Virus record (IMG/VR): IMGVR_UViG_3300045988_146774
Coordinates: 107,897 to 171,896 of that record
Length of the DNA stretch: 64,000 nt
Origin: a virus
Strand: one strand, 5' to 3'
The position numbers and the translations under genes are program-made. Position 1 is the first letter of the stretch. Each line of letters opens with the position of its first letter. The notes beneath the pieces were generated by a model. That model made no database searches. It was given only the letters and a program-made list of their open reading frames with translations, and was not told the origin of the DNA. This document shows, piece by piece, positions 36,313 through 45,976 of this stretch.

Positions 36313-37180
36313 TTCCTTTCAAAATCCATTCAATAACTGGTTCTGTCCATCCATTTCCCATTAGGCTACATCTCTTTGAATACGGAAGATACCGACCATT
36401 TACTTTTACTTTTGTAAAGTTATCTGGCAACCCTTGTAGTCTTTCATATTCAATCTCTGTTAATTTTCTTGGTCTACCATGATCCATAACGGATTTTTCC
36501 TGATATCCACCATTCACGCAAGTTAAAGTACAGCACTTAAAATCTGGATTATAAATTCGTCTAAGCATTTCCATCGTATTAACCTTTAACTCTGCACAAA
36601 CACGTTTTTTCATATCAATGATTTCAAAATCTTTTTTATAGAAATATTTCTCATTTACATTATTCTCCATTACATCTTTCAAAACTAACGGAGATTCTTC
36701 CGGCAATTCACCAAGAGGAATGTTTGTCCAATAGTATCGTTCTCTCGACTGTGCGCCAAAAATCGCAGAGTCAATAAGTAAAGGGTCTACTCCAATACAC
36801 TCTGTCATTGTGTTTAAATCCTCTTCTCTACTCGGTATTACATTTTCAAACATGAAATATTTAGGCTGAATCGCCTTAAGACATTCGATAGCCTTAAAGA
36901 AAATACCTGATTTTCCTTCAAGCCCATTATTGACTTCTTTGCTTTCGATTCTACATCTGCTCAAACTTTGACAGCAGGTCGATACCAATAACAAGTCAAA
37001 TCCTTTGAATTGATCAAAATCCGCTTCGTATAAATCACCATGATGCACCACAAACGGAAAATGGTACTGAGAAACTGCGATAGCTTCTGGCAGAATCTCA
37101 TATGTATGATACTCTTTCACCGGTATACCCAATTGTTGTAATGCGTATAATCCAGTTTCTACTCCTCCACATAAACTCAA
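36287..37180 (-). CDS. DNA (cytosine-5)-methyltransferase, variant motif IV
   Basis: 297 aa from a TTG start. Motif I LSLCGGVETG, motif IV STCCQSLS (Cys in place of the usual Pro), FENV, QSRERYYW, GNGWT. Confidence 0.8.
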   Translation of the reverse strand: MSLCGGVETGLYALQQLGIPVKEYHTYEILPEAIAVSQYHFPFVVHHGDLYEADFDQFKGFDLLLVSTCCQSLSRCRIESKEVNNGLEGKSGIFFKAIECLKAIQPKYFMFENVIPSREEDLNTMTECIGVDPLLIDSAIFGAQSRERYYWTNIPLGELPEESPLVLKDVMENNVNEKYFYKKDFEIIDMKKRVCAELKVNTMEMLRRIYNPDFKCCTLTCVNGGYQEKSVMDHGRPRKLTEIEYERLQGLPDNFTKVKVNGRYLPYSKRCSLMGNGWTEPVIEWILKGIGEYGNNS

Positions 37181-37206
37181 TACTCTAAGTCCATCTGTAG
37201 AAGTTT

Positions 37207-37244
37207 TTCTTTCATTCAGTAGTCATGAATGCTGCATGAAAGAA
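37207..37244. promoter_or_regulatory. TTCTTTCAT..ATGAAAGAA hairpin upstream of the second methyltransferase
   Basis: 9-bp perfect arms at 37207-37215 / 37236-37244 with a 20-nt loop, in a 174-nt gap. Confidence 0.4.
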
Positions 37245-37354
37245 GCTAACAAATTAACTACATATGGAAGGAAAGTAGAGTAATTCTAGATAACATGCTT
37301 ACGTAAGCCTTGAAAAATAAGGCAATTGAGCAATATAAATGAAAGAAAAATTTC

Positions 37355-37759
37355 TTAACCTAACAAAGATGCAATATCATCAAGCTCAAGTTCTGTTTTC
37401 TTATCCTCAGAAAGAAGCTTGTCCAATTTTGCTTCCATCCTTTTAAGATTTGCAATTTCATTTTTCACATTCAATACTTCCATCTTATTTTTTATATCTG
37501 AAATCCAGTCATCTATACTGTATCCGGATAATTCTAAATCAGAAATTCCAAGATCATCTGATACCATCTTATATGAATGCAATCTTACTAGCATTATTTT
37601 TAAACTAATCTCATCGAAAGTATTCAAATTGTAGGTTCCACCCAATAATAAAATACAGTTTGTAATAGGCACAAATCTTGTATTTTTGCCGGATAACTCC
37701 AACTTCTTTTTCTCAATCTTTTCTTTTAGTTCTAAGATTCTATCATCGTTCTTATTCAT
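37355..37759 (-). CDS. coiled-coil hypothetical protein
   Basis: ATG at 37759 forms a GATGAATAA overlap with the upstream stop. The longer track ORF would overlap the upstream gene by 95 nt. Confidence 0.55.
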   Translation of the reverse strand: MNKNDDRILELKEKIEKKKLELSGKNTRFVPITNCILLLGGTYNLNTFDEISLKIMLVRLHSYKMVSDDLGISDLELSGYSIDDWISDIKNKMEVLNVKNEIANLKRMEAKLDKLLSEDKKTELELDDIASLLG

Positions 37760-38966
37760 CTTGTAATTCGTATACCTTTCTATATTTTCTTCCATTTGAT
37801 AAATATTTTTGAATACATTTTGGTTTGACAATATCGTATACATCATCTAAAGTTACATGCTCAAATATTGTCTTATTGTAACCAACTTTATATCCACTGC
37901 AATAAAAATCTTCTTCATTCTCACTATAAACTTTTACATCATATTTACCAGTATTCTCTCCATAGCACTCATCAGCCAAATATGATTTATACTTTCCATC
38001 GTAATTGCTAATAAATTTGAAACTATGATAACTTATTCTATCATCGTATTTATGATATCCCAGTTTTAGAAACTGGTCATATGAGATATCAATTATTTCA
38101 TCTTTCGTATCATCAATCTGAGAGAAATTAGGACAAGATTTCATTCGATCATAAATTTCAGAATATTTTTCTGTACATTTATCATCAATACATGTAATAA
38201 GCTTGTTCTTAGGAACACTTTTTATCCGTTCGTATCTGTATCCATCTTTATTTACAATGGCAAACCAATACATCTTGCCATACGGAAAATTATTAATATA
38301 CTTATACTTTATTGGATATCTACAACCATAATGATGTATTAATTCTATTGGAATATCTCTGTAATTCTTGCTCTTATAAATTTCTCCGTTTTCTTTCCAC
38401 TCATATCCTCCTCCATATGTTTCGAATCGCCCCATATAAATCCATTGCTCGTCGTCCTTTGTTAAATACGTAGCTCCAAGAACTAAATCTTTCGCTTTAA
38501 TACATTCATTGTTATGCACAATTTTATTAAATTCTGCTATCTGTTTGTAATCAGGTGACTTTACTGGCATAAGAACTAAATCTTTTCCACTCCATCCATA
38601 TACAAATTCACCTTCCAGACCTTTTCCTTTATAGCAATTAGCATTTGCCAAAATATAAAGCAGATTCTCAATTGTGATTTCGAATTCAAATCCCCTAGGG
38701 TCGTATACTCTACAATACGCCTGTCTATGATCCCAACCAGTAGAATAATCTCCGGCTTTTTTATTCAGTACGAACCCTTCAGTCGGTTCGTTATCGAATT
38801 CATCATTTGGTATATCTTCATCACGCCAACCATTCCATGATCTTTCTTTGCGAAGAACGCCTTTTTCATCATAATAAATTATGTAAGCAAGTTTACCTGT
38901 ATATGTTCCGGAACGATTTTGATATCCTACGTTTATTCTCTTTGGAATAAATATATTACTTTTCAT
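37752..38966 (-). CDS. hypothetical protein
   Basis: 404 aa. Y/W/G-rich. No motif recognised. Confidence 0.75.
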   Translation of the reverse strand: MKSNIFIPKRINVGYQNRSGTYTGKLAYIIYYDEKGVLRKERSWNGWRDEDIPNDEFDNEPTEGFVLNKKAGDYSTGWDHRQAYCRVYDPRGFEFEITIENLLYILANANCYKGKGLEGEFVYGWSGKDLVLMPVKSPDYKQIAEFNKIVHNNECIKAKDLVLGATYLTKDDEQWIYMGRFETYGGGYEWKENGEIYKSKNYRDIPIELIHHYGCRYPIKYKYINNFPYGKMYWFAIVNKDGYRYERIKSVPKNKLITCIDDKCTEKYSEIYDRMKSCPNFSQIDDTKDEIIDISYDQFLKLGYHKYDDRISYHSFKFISNYDGKYKSYLADECYGENTGKYDVKVYSENEEDFYCSGYKVGYNKTIFEHVTLDDVYDIVKPKCIQKYLSNGRKYRKVYELQDE

Positions 38967-38977
38967 TCATTCTCACC

Positions 38978-39190
38978 TCACTTCAACGCATTTAATACAT
39001 CGCAAATAAATCCGCCTATGCAACCAACTAGACCAAATACAAAATAATAATGATCAGTTGTTAATGTTATTCCATGTATAAATGGCTGCAATACTCTTAT
39101 GCATATGTCATCAACATCAAAAAGTGATAATATCCATGCCGATAACAATCCATAAAAAATTCCACCTATCAAGTTCTCACCTCTATTCAA
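38978..39190 (-). CDS. small membrane protein
   Basis: 70 aa. Two hydrophobic helices. Confidence 0.6.
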   Translation of the reverse strand: MNRGENLIGGIFYGLLSAWILSLFDVDDICIRVLQPFIHGITLTTDHYYFVFGLVGCIGGFICDVLNALK

Positions 39191-39236
39191 TTGTTATTAT
39201 TGGAAATTTTGAGCGAATTGCTCTAAGATTTTATTC

Positions 39237-39500
39237 TCAACATATAAAAGGATATGTCATAGGTCTATTGTCTTCAACAGAAATTCTATATCTTGATGTG
39301 CAATAATATATATTTTTATCTTTCGCCAACGATTTAAAATTATTAGCAAATACATCCAATATACTTTCGCACTCTTGACATATATATTTCTTTGTCTTTA
39401 CCACATTCCCATTGTCTTTGCGTTTTGGTAGATAATACTTCTTTGTTTTTGCTTTATTACCACAAATATCACAATATTCTTTAATCATCTTATATTTCAC
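39237..39500 (-). CDS. zinc-ribbon mini-protein
   Basis: 87 aa. CDICG..(27)..CQEC. Confidence 0.6.
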   Translation of the reverse strand: MKYKMIKEYCDICGNKAKTKKYYLPKRKDNGNVVKTKKYICQECESILDVFANNFKSLAKDKNIYYCTSRYRISVEDNRPMTYPFIC

Positions 39501-39521
39501 CTCCCATTGAAAGCGGAATTT

Positions 39522-39737
39522 CTACCGCCGATATAAACCAATAAATTCTTTAAAATATTCAATTGCATACCAGTCTTCTTCGTCTAAATCATTTTTAATT
39601 TTGACGCAATCTGCACCATAGCCAAGAACTGTATACTGTTTATTCTCTGTTAATGCGAATTCTTCAATTGTAATTCTTGCCGTTACTGGTTCGCCAATAG
39701 AAAAATGTATAATTGTTTTATGCTCTATTCCGTTCAT
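39522..39737 (-). CDS. hypothetical protein
   Basis: 71 aa. Tiles. Confidence 0.6.
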   Translation of the reverse strand: MNGIEHKTIIHFSIGEPVTARITIEEFALTENKQYTVLGYGADCVKIKNDLDEEDWYAIEYFKEFIGLYRR

Positions 39738-39741
39738 GATA

Positions 39742-40158
39742 TTATTCTCCTTCTATTTGCACCTCTACTACTCTTTTCTTTACATCATCCCATGATTCAA
39801 GTTTAAAATCTTCCAGAGAAATTATCCTAGGAAATAACTGTGGATATACAATCATTCGTTTAATATCATTTGAAATATCTTCATCAATCAAACAACCATT
39901 TGTTTTATTTCCCTTACTCGAATCATTTGCGACAATAATTTTCAATCTACTACCATTAGGAAACTCAATAAAAGTTTGATATTGGTTGAATACATATCGA
40001 ATATTTTTTATTGGAAACGAATTATCGAAAATATCATCCAAAATATTTTTAACACAACTTATTTTATCTTTGGATGATACATAAACCGCTGCACGAAAAT
40101 TATCCATAACATGACAATATAACAACTGTTTTTCTAACTCGTATTTTAAATTACTCAT
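39742..40158 (-). CDS. hypothetical protein
   Basis: 138 aa. Tiles. Confidence 0.65.
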   Translation of the reverse strand: MSNLKYELEKQLLYCHVMDNFRAAVYVSSKDKISCVKNILDDIFDNSFPIKNIRYVFNQYQTFIEFPNGSRLKIIVANDSSKGNKTNGCLIDEDISNDIKRMIVYPQLFPRIISLEDFKLESWDDVKKRVVEVQIEGE

Positions 40159-40447
40159 CTTCTACCTCCGAAGAAACAGATTTTTCATACGGTATTCCAA
40201 CATCCGCATCAATAAAAAGAACAGCAAATTCGTCACAATGTTCTGCACTTCTTTTTATTATATATCCTTTATCTATGAGGATTTTAATTGTTCCATCAGA
40301 TAATCCCTTATACCATTTTCCAACAAATGTAGGATCAACCACACCATATTCGATATGAGTTTTAATTTCGCCAATAATCATTTTTGCAGTATTTCTATCA
40401 GAATATTTTTTGTTAAAATATTTCTTCATTTTCTTTGCACTAATCAT
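40151..40447 (-). CDS. hypothetical protein
   Basis: 98 aa. Tiles. Confidence 0.6.
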   Translation of the reverse strand: MISAKKMKKYFNKKYSDRNTAKMIIGEIKTHIEYGVVDPTFVGKWYKGLSDGTIKILIDKGYIIKRSAEHCDEFAVLFIDADVGIPYEKSVSSEVEDE

Positions 40448-40449
40448 TT

Positions 40450-40878
40450 TTACTCACTCCAATCTAACTTTAAACCACATTTAGGACAATACTGTTCTGA
40501 TATAGATATAAGTTGTCCATTACCACAGCGAGGGCAATCGCCTTTAATAGCATATGGTTTATCATTAAAATCATACAAAATACGTCTGCGCTTGACCTTT
40601 TCTCCATTTGAATCGTCCAATTCAATTAAATCTCTAAACATTGCGAATCCGCCAACCATTGCATTCATCTCGTCGCAACTGCCATTCATACAAATATCAT
40701 TAGATACATTAGCCACTGCTATTCCACAATTAAAATAAAATTCATTATCATGATCATAAGATTTTAATCTTAACTCCAGATCTTCTATTGGAGTATCTTC
40801 GTCTACTTTCTTACTTTCTGTAATAATTCTATCTGCTTCTCTGATCATATCATCATAAGACCACTTTGGATTTCCCAT
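40450..40878 (-). CDS. hypothetical protein with C-terminal zinc ribbon
   Basis: 142 aa. CPRCGNG..(12)..CPKCG. Confidence 0.65.
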   Translation of the reverse strand: MGNPKWSYDDMIREADRIITESKKVDEDTPIEDLELRLKSYDHDNEFYFNCGIAVANVSNDICMNGSCDEMNAMVGGFAMFRDLIELDDSNGEKVKRRRILYDFNDKPYAIKGDCPRCGNGQLISISEQYCPKCGLKLDWSE

Positions 40879-40907
40879 AATCTATCACCTCCATGAAAGT
40901 AATATTT

Positions 40908-41300
40908 CTATCTAATTACAACCAACGCATACCAAGTTAATACAATCTGAATAATATGAAATAACTGATCATGAATCAGATTGATATATTTTTTATTTGC
41001 TTTGAAATTATCAATAATACTATGAGCAACCCAATTTGAGACAAAAAATAAGAAATAATCAATTGGGATATTATGACTGCACACATAATTAAATACTGCC
41101 GGAATCAACATAATCATAAATGTCCAACTAAATGCATGTTCGCACAAAGCCATAATATAATCGTGCGAATATAATTTATCCGGTGAATTCTTTTCCCACC
41201 AAGATTTTTGTTTAGCTGATGCCAGCCAACCTTGTAAATAATAATCGTCTACAAGATGTAAAAATAACATTCCTAATAGCAAAAATAATTTGAACTCCAT
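40908..41300 (-). CDS. DUF3307-like membrane protein
   Basis: ATG 41300 lies 8 nt after AGGAG. HLVDDYYLQ motif plus four hydrophobic segments. Confidence 0.55.
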   Translation of the reverse strand: MEFKLFLLLGMLFLHLVDDYYLQGWLASAKQKSWWEKNSPDKLYSHDYIMALCEHAFSWTFMIMLIPAVFNYVCSHNIPIDYFLFFVSNWVAHSIIDNFKANKKYINLIHDQLFHIIQIVLTWYALVVIR

Positions 41301-41311
41301 ATTCCTATCTC

Positions 41312-41740
41312 CTACCAATCATTTCTAAAAACAACATATTCCTTATTCCAATCAATTGTTAAGTCTTTTAAGAATTTGTATACATTTATATAAGCATGTA
41401 CAGTATAATCATCAATCTTTCCAATTGTGATATCATATAGTGTTGTGCTTTTTATTTTATCTTCAATCCATTTTAAGAAATCATCATAAATACTCTTTGG
41501 AATAATCCTAGATTCACCATTTTCAAGTGGTTTTCTTCTAAAATATTCATCAAAAACATTTTCATCTAACACATCTATACCTATTGATTTTTCATCTTCC
41601 GGTAATCCATACTCTTCTGGATATTCCCACATATACAAATAATTTTCGTATAGCTCTGAAAAAGAATATGCAACCAATAGATGTTTTACTTTTTCGACTA
41701 CCTTCTTTTTTACAATAATTATGCCACCGTCATATCCCAT
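41312..41740 (-). CDS. hypothetical protein
   Basis: 142 aa. Tiles. Confidence 0.65.
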   Translation of the reverse strand: MGYDGGIIIVKKKVVEKVKHLLVAYSFSELYENYLYMWEYPEEYGLPEDEKSIGIDVLDENVFDEYFRRKPLENGESRIIPKSIYDDFLKWIEDKIKSTTLYDITIGKIDDYTVHAYINVYKFLKDLTIDWNKEYVVFRNDW

Positions 41741-41767
41741 GCAAATTCACCTCCATGAAAGCAATAT

Positions 41768-42016
41768 TTAAACGGGCACAGCGACATCGCCATCCCCAAA
41801 TAAGCTTACAAAAAGCAAACCATTACGACGAATAATTTCACTTGATAATACATATTTCACATTATCAGTTCCCCTATTATTAAGACTATTATTTATCTTT
41901 TTTAACGCATCTTCTTTATTTTCTGCTAACACAACTAGCATTTCTGTCCGATTATTAGCTTCCCATTTCCCATTTTTAAATATCTCTCTTTTACAATCGA
42001 CTGAATAAAAATCCAT
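41768..42016 (-). CDS. hypothetical protein
   Basis: 82 aa. Tiles. Confidence 0.6.
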   Translation of the reverse strand: MDFYSVDCKREIFKNGKWEANNRTEMLVVLAENKEDALKKINNSLNNRGTDNVKYVLSSEIIRRNGLLFVSLFGDGDVAVPV

Positions 42017-42024
42017 ATACCCTC

Positions 42025-42450
42025 CTACATATCACAACCGCAAAGACATACGAAACAACTACAGTCCATACATTCTCCATGTCCTGTTTCCATACATTCT
42101 CTTGCATTGCTACATAAATCTTTGTCTTCCGATACTTTTGCTACAAAGTATCCATTATTTTCTAACAATTTAATTGCTTCTTTAATATTATTCTCCATAT
42201 TATCACTCCTTTGATGTGGGCTGATACAACAATCCCATCCGTCTCCACTTTCACAACAACAACCTACAAGAAGTTTATAATTATTGCCACACATGATTCT
42301 AGCAATTTGATCAAGATACCACACTTTGTTTTCTGGATTTTTATAATGTGCAGATTCCAATAATAAATCTTTAATCGCAATTTCTTTCTTTGTATATTCA
42401 TATATTGTCTTTTTATATGGTGCTACAATCTCTTCACAACTAAATAACAT
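42025..42450 (-). CDS. Cys-rich hypothetical protein
   Basis: 141 aa. Clusters VGCCCESGDGWDCC and GHGECMDCSCFVCLCGC. Confidence 0.65.
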   Translation of the reverse strand: MLFSCEEIVAPYKKTIYEYTKKEIAIKDLLLESAHYKNPENKVWYLDQIARIMCGNNYKLLVGCCCESGDGWDCCISPHQRSDNMENNIKEAIKLLENNGYFVAKVSEDKDLCSNARECMETGHGECMDCSCFVCLCGCDM

Positions 42451-42732
42451 TTAGTCGCCTCCTAATATAATTCTTCTATATTCTTTCCCTGAAATTTTGC
42501 CTTGTTTCATATCAATATATTCTCCAAGATGTTCATCATATAAATCTATATGAGTATCAGATAAATATTCTCTGATTTTTTCAATGGCATCTTTCTTCTC
42601 AATATGCCATTTACTTTCTTCTACAAGAGTTTCGCCAATCATAAAACAAGCATCATAATATCGTTCTATAATATACACAAGTTGTTCTTTTGAAAGTTTT
42701 AATAAATTTTCTTTGATATATTTACTTGCCAT
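42451..42732 (-). CDS. hypothetical protein
   Basis: 93 aa. Abuts the upstream stop. Confidence 0.6.
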   Translation of the reverse strand: MASKYIKENLLKLSKEQLVYIIERYYDACFMIGETLVEESKWHIEKKDAIEKIREYLSDTHIDLYDEHLGEYIDMKQGKISGKEYRRIILGGD

Positions 42733-42744
42733 AATTATTCCCTC

Positions 42745-43041
42745 CTAAAACCAACTAAACTCACCGGCAATTAACATCTTCTCAAGATTATGCGCCTGTC
42801 GAATTTCACGCTCTGTTCCTTCACATTCACCTTTTGTAATCTCATGCACTTCACCATTTGTATGCACAAAAATTCTGCCGAACTCAAACTGGCAAAAATG
42901 TGGCTGCGTAGTATGAATCACTTCTTGCTCCGCATCGATCATCACTCTAGTTTCTGCGTATGTAGTACAAAGATAGGCTGTGTTTTCAAACTCATCAAAT
43001 CCTACCTTGTCCATCCAAATATGTACTTCTCTTTCTGTCAT
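42745..43041 (-). CDS. hypothetical protein
   Basis: 98 aa. Tiles. Confidence 0.6.
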   Translation of the reverse strand: MTEREVHIWMDKVGFDEFENTAYLCTTYAETRVMIDAEQEVIHTTQPHFCQFEFGRIFVHTNGEVHEITKGECEGTEREIRQAHNLEKMLIAGEFSWF

Positions 43042-43058
43042 CTTATACTCTCCCGTTT

Positions 43059-43250
43059 TTATATAATTTTTATTATTTTACATATCACTAAAATGATCAT
43101 AAAAGTAAACAACTCGAATATTATTCCACATACAATTGAGATTAGAAATGACTCTACAATACTTCCTCCCTCTAGTATGCAATAAATAAATATAATGAAC
43201 GCTGTTGATAGAAATAATAATATGCATAGTTCTAATATAATAAGGTTCAT
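43059..43250 (-). CDS. small membrane protein
   Basis: 63 aa. Almost entirely hydrophobic (two helices). Confidence 0.55.
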   Translation of the reverse strand: MNLIILELCILLFLSTAFIIFIYCILEGGSIVESFLISIVCGIIFELFTFMIILVICKIIKII

Positions 43251-43495
43251 CTTTTTCTATCTTTCCAAATCAGTTCTTCGATATGATTCTCTACCGCCTG
43301 ATATGCATCCAGTCTGTTTTCCCATTTAATTATCCTTTTCTTGGCTTTTTCAATAATAAATTGCTCATCGTCTTCAATACATTCTTTTTCTGCTACCACT
43401 AAAAAAGTTTTTTCTTTTTCTAGATTTTCTTCGCATAAGTTGCATTGTTTATCTATCCAATTCAGAAGATCAAACAAATCTTTGTTCTTACTCAT
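43247..43495 (-). CDS. hypothetical protein
   Basis: 82 aa. 4-nt overlaps on both sides. Confidence 0.6.
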   Translation of the reverse strand: MSKNKDLFDLLNWIDKQCNLCEENLEKEKTFLVVAEKECIEDDEQFIIEKAKKRIIKWENRLDAYQAVENHIEELIWKDRKR

Positions 43496-43953
43496 GCTAT
43501 TCTCCCTCTTAATAATTCTGGATTATCGAAAATATTTCCTACAATTTTAATGTCTTCCAAACACGGTAAATATCCAAATTCTGTTCCGTAATTTTCTTTG
43601 CCGTTTGTCGCTTTAAAACCAAGTTCTTCTTTATCCCAAATTATTTGCCATGCGTACTCTTCGCAATCAATCGTAGTACAATGAATAATATCGTTCTCCC
43701 AAATCATTTCCTTGTTTTTATCTTCAAATCCAACATATTGACAAATTGTATCCGGGTCGATTTCATACTGTAACATTTGATTGGGTAGTTCCCAATCGGT
43801 CATTGTCTCATGTAATATGTAATGATGTACCGGAACTGGTGAACAATCGTCAATTGTACAATGTGTTGTTTCTGCCATTTTGTAATAATAGCCAGTTACC
43901 CATTCTCTAGTTCTAAGCGTCTTTGCTTTTACCATATATCTATTTATATCCAT
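43492..43953 (-). CDS. YopX-family protein
   Basis: ATG 43953 follows GGAGA. TREWVTGYYY.. and C-terminal GNIFDNPELL are typical YopX features. Confidence 0.7.
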   Translation of the reverse strand: MDINRYMVKAKTLRTREWVTGYYYKMAETTHCTIDDCSPVPVHHYILHETMTDWELPNQMLQYEIDPDTICQYVGFEDKNKEMIWENDIIHCTTIDCEEYAWQIIWDKEELGFKATNGKENYGTEFGYLPCLEDIKIVGNIFDNPELLRGRIA

Positions 43954-43971
43954 TTCTATCTCCAAACAAAA

Positions 43972-44136
43972 TTATTCTTCGCTCAAATATTCAGCAGCAT
44001 CCATCATTACTTGTTCGCTACAATGAATTTTCTCTACTGCATAATCAAAATCTTTATATGGACATAATTCACATGAGTTTGCATTGGCACAAATTATTAA
44101 TGCTTTTGCAACATCTTTTTTTGATTTATACACCAT
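43972..44136 (-). CDS. Cys-containing mini-protein (54 aa, below ORF-track cutoff)
   Basis: Hand translation MVYKSKKDVAKALIICANANSCELCPYKDFDYAVEKIHCSEQVMMDAAEYLSEE. GGAGGTGAG lies 3 nt upstream. Confidence 0.5.
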   Translation of the reverse strand: MVYKSKKDVAKALIICANANSCELCPYKDFDYAVEKIHCSEQVMMDAAEYLSEE

Positions 44137-44162
44137 ATACTCACCTCCAATGAAACACGCAT

Positions 44163-44567
44163 TTAGTCAATTTTCTCTAAAGCATATCTTTTAAACCAAT
44201 TAGTAAGTCCATCTTCAAATTTCAATTGATAAGACCACCCGTCTAATGTACCAATTTTAATTACTTTGCCTACCATACCCAAAAGTCTTGGAAACTTGGA
44301 ACCATCTTCGTATTTGTCCTGAAATTGAGAGTCAACTACTACCTTTGCACAGTCACCAATTTCCAACTCACGCTCTAGTTCTTTCTCATGATCTGTTCCA
44401 AACCATTCACCTGGAAAAATATCTAAAGGTCTTTTCCACCTTTTTATACTTAAAAAAGAATCTTCTTTGTCATAAACTTCTTTATAAAATTGGATATCTT
44501 GCTCTGATGCATTTTTTACTTTTTCTATTTGGCTTTGCAAAAAAGCCAGACTTTCTTTTTTGTTCAT
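44163..44567 (-). CDS. hypothetical protein
   Basis: ATG 44567 follows AGGAGGGG. 134 aa. Confidence 0.6.
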   Translation of the reverse strand: MNKKESLAFLQSQIEKVKNASEQDIQFYKEVYDKEDSFLSIKRWKRPLDIFPGEWFGTDHEKELERELEIGDCAKVVVDSQFQDKYEDGSKFPRLLGMVGKVIKIGTLDGWSYQLKFEDGLTNWFKRYALEKID

Positions 44568-44600
44568 ATTCCCCTCCTGTTGAAACCAACATTTCATTAG

Positions 44601-45110
44601 TTATTTATTCTCCAAAACTTCTTTGGGACAATAAATAATTTGTTTACCTGCTTTCTGTGCTTTGCGAATTGTAGACCATACACCGCCTGATTTAATTCCA
44701 TCCCAAACTGCAAGTAAAACATCACAATGGTCTACCATGTATTGATCTCTTACATTGTCACATCCTTTATAGAGTTCATCAGCAAGCTCAATCCATTCGT
44801 CTGCAAGAAGTTTAATATCGTTATAATATTTGTGTGAAGAATTGTAATCTTTACAAGGAAGAACGCAGTGTATCCTTAAAGGAATAACATTACCTGCTTT
44901 TAAAAATATTGAAGTCATTCCAAACAGAATATCTGATCCTGTTGCCATTCCACAATATATATCTAATGAATCATCTTCTAACAGTGTTGTCTGTAACATA
45001 TGTGTGAGATTGTTTACAATCCATCTTCTTATTTCTTCCCATCTATCGTCTAATTCATCTTCTGGAAGACTTAATCTCTGTGGTCTATGACCAGTCAATG
45101 CTATTTTCAT
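44601..45110 (-). CDS. SLOG-fold DUF1273 / YpsA-like protein
   Basis: ATG 45110 follows GGAG. ALTGHRPQRL, CGMATGSDILFG, LLAVWDGIKSGGVW match the YpsA/DUF1273 pattern. Confidence 0.6.
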   Translation of the reverse strand: MKIALTGHRPQRLSLPEDELDDRWEEIRRWIVNNLTHMLQTTLLEDDSLDIYCGMATGSDILFGMTSIFLKAGNVIPLRIHCVLPCKDYNSSHKYYNDIKLLADEWIELADELYKGCDNVRDQYMVDHCDVLLAVWDGIKSGGVWSTIRKAQKAGKQIIYCPKEVLENK

Positions 45111-45114
45111 ATTT

Positions 45115-45747
45115 CTATTCTCCAATCCTCCGATATTCCGTATATACATTGTTTTCACAGTAGTACAGATTGTAATCATTCTGTTCAATATACCACCACA
45201 ATTTCTGATGTCCTGCTTTTAAATAATCCTTACAATAATCAGTCTCTTGGTAATGATTATCTACCATCTGCCGAAAGCTTAACTCATCAATCTCATCAGA
45301 ATTATGACAATATACCGCTATTCTATTTATTAAATCTTCTGTGAAATTTTCCGTGACTACGAATACGACTCTGATTATTTCACTCATTGAACGTCTAATA
45401 GATTTTAGTTGTTCGAAATCATGCAAATGGTATACTACTCTATCGAAATATGGATATGGAGCATCTTTTACACCAACCATACTTGTATGTAATTCTATTT
45501 TTACTTTTTTCAAAGTAATATCAAAGAATTTTTTATACCAATCATAATGTTTTTCCAATTCCCATAATGGATCTCCGCCTCCTGATATTGAAACCCAGTT
45601 ACAATTATTCCTACGAATTTCTTTTCCTAGACCATCCAGCCCTTCTATTGTACTTTTCAGAATCTGCAAATTATTATTCTTTACAATACAATATGGACAG
45701 GTATAATGGCATCCGAAGTTCGTTATTACACTAATATATTTGTCCAT
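45115..45747 (-). CDS. radical SAM enzyme (small, unassigned subfamily)
   Basis: 210 aa. CxxxCxxC cluster GCHYTCPYC at residues 13-20. SAM-binding-like ISGGGDPL. Confidence 0.75.
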   Translation of the reverse strand: MDKYISVITNFGCHYTCPYCIVKNNNLQILKSTIEGLDGLGKEIRRNNCNWVSISGGGDPLWELEKHYDWYKKFFDITLKKVKIELHTSMVGVKDAPYPYFDRVVYHLHDFEQLKSIRRSMSEIIRVVFVVTENFTEDLINRIAVYCHNSDEIDELSFRQMVDNHYQETDYCKDYLKAGHQKLWWYIEQNDYNLYYCENNVYTEYRRIGE

Positions 45748-45775
45748 TTTTTCTCCTCATGAAAGCAACGTTTAG

Positions 45776-45976
45776 TTACTTATTTTTCGTTCTAACATCA
45801 ATGCCAAGAACAATAGGCTCATGCTTGTTTACAATAAACTCAATAGTTGGATCTTTCGAATGCCATCCTGCTGCCCTAGCATCGTCTATTAACTCTACGG
45901 TTTTATATCCTTCTTTTTTTTGCTCTTGTAAAAATTTTATAAGCTTGTTAATATTACAACTGATCGCCATAACCAA
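45776..45976 (-). CDS. hypothetical protein
   Basis: 66 aa. Tiles. Confidence 0.5.
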   Translation of the reverse strand: MVMAISCNINKLIKFLQEQKKEGYKTVELIDDARAAGWHSKDPTIEFIVNKHEPIVLGIDVRTKNK

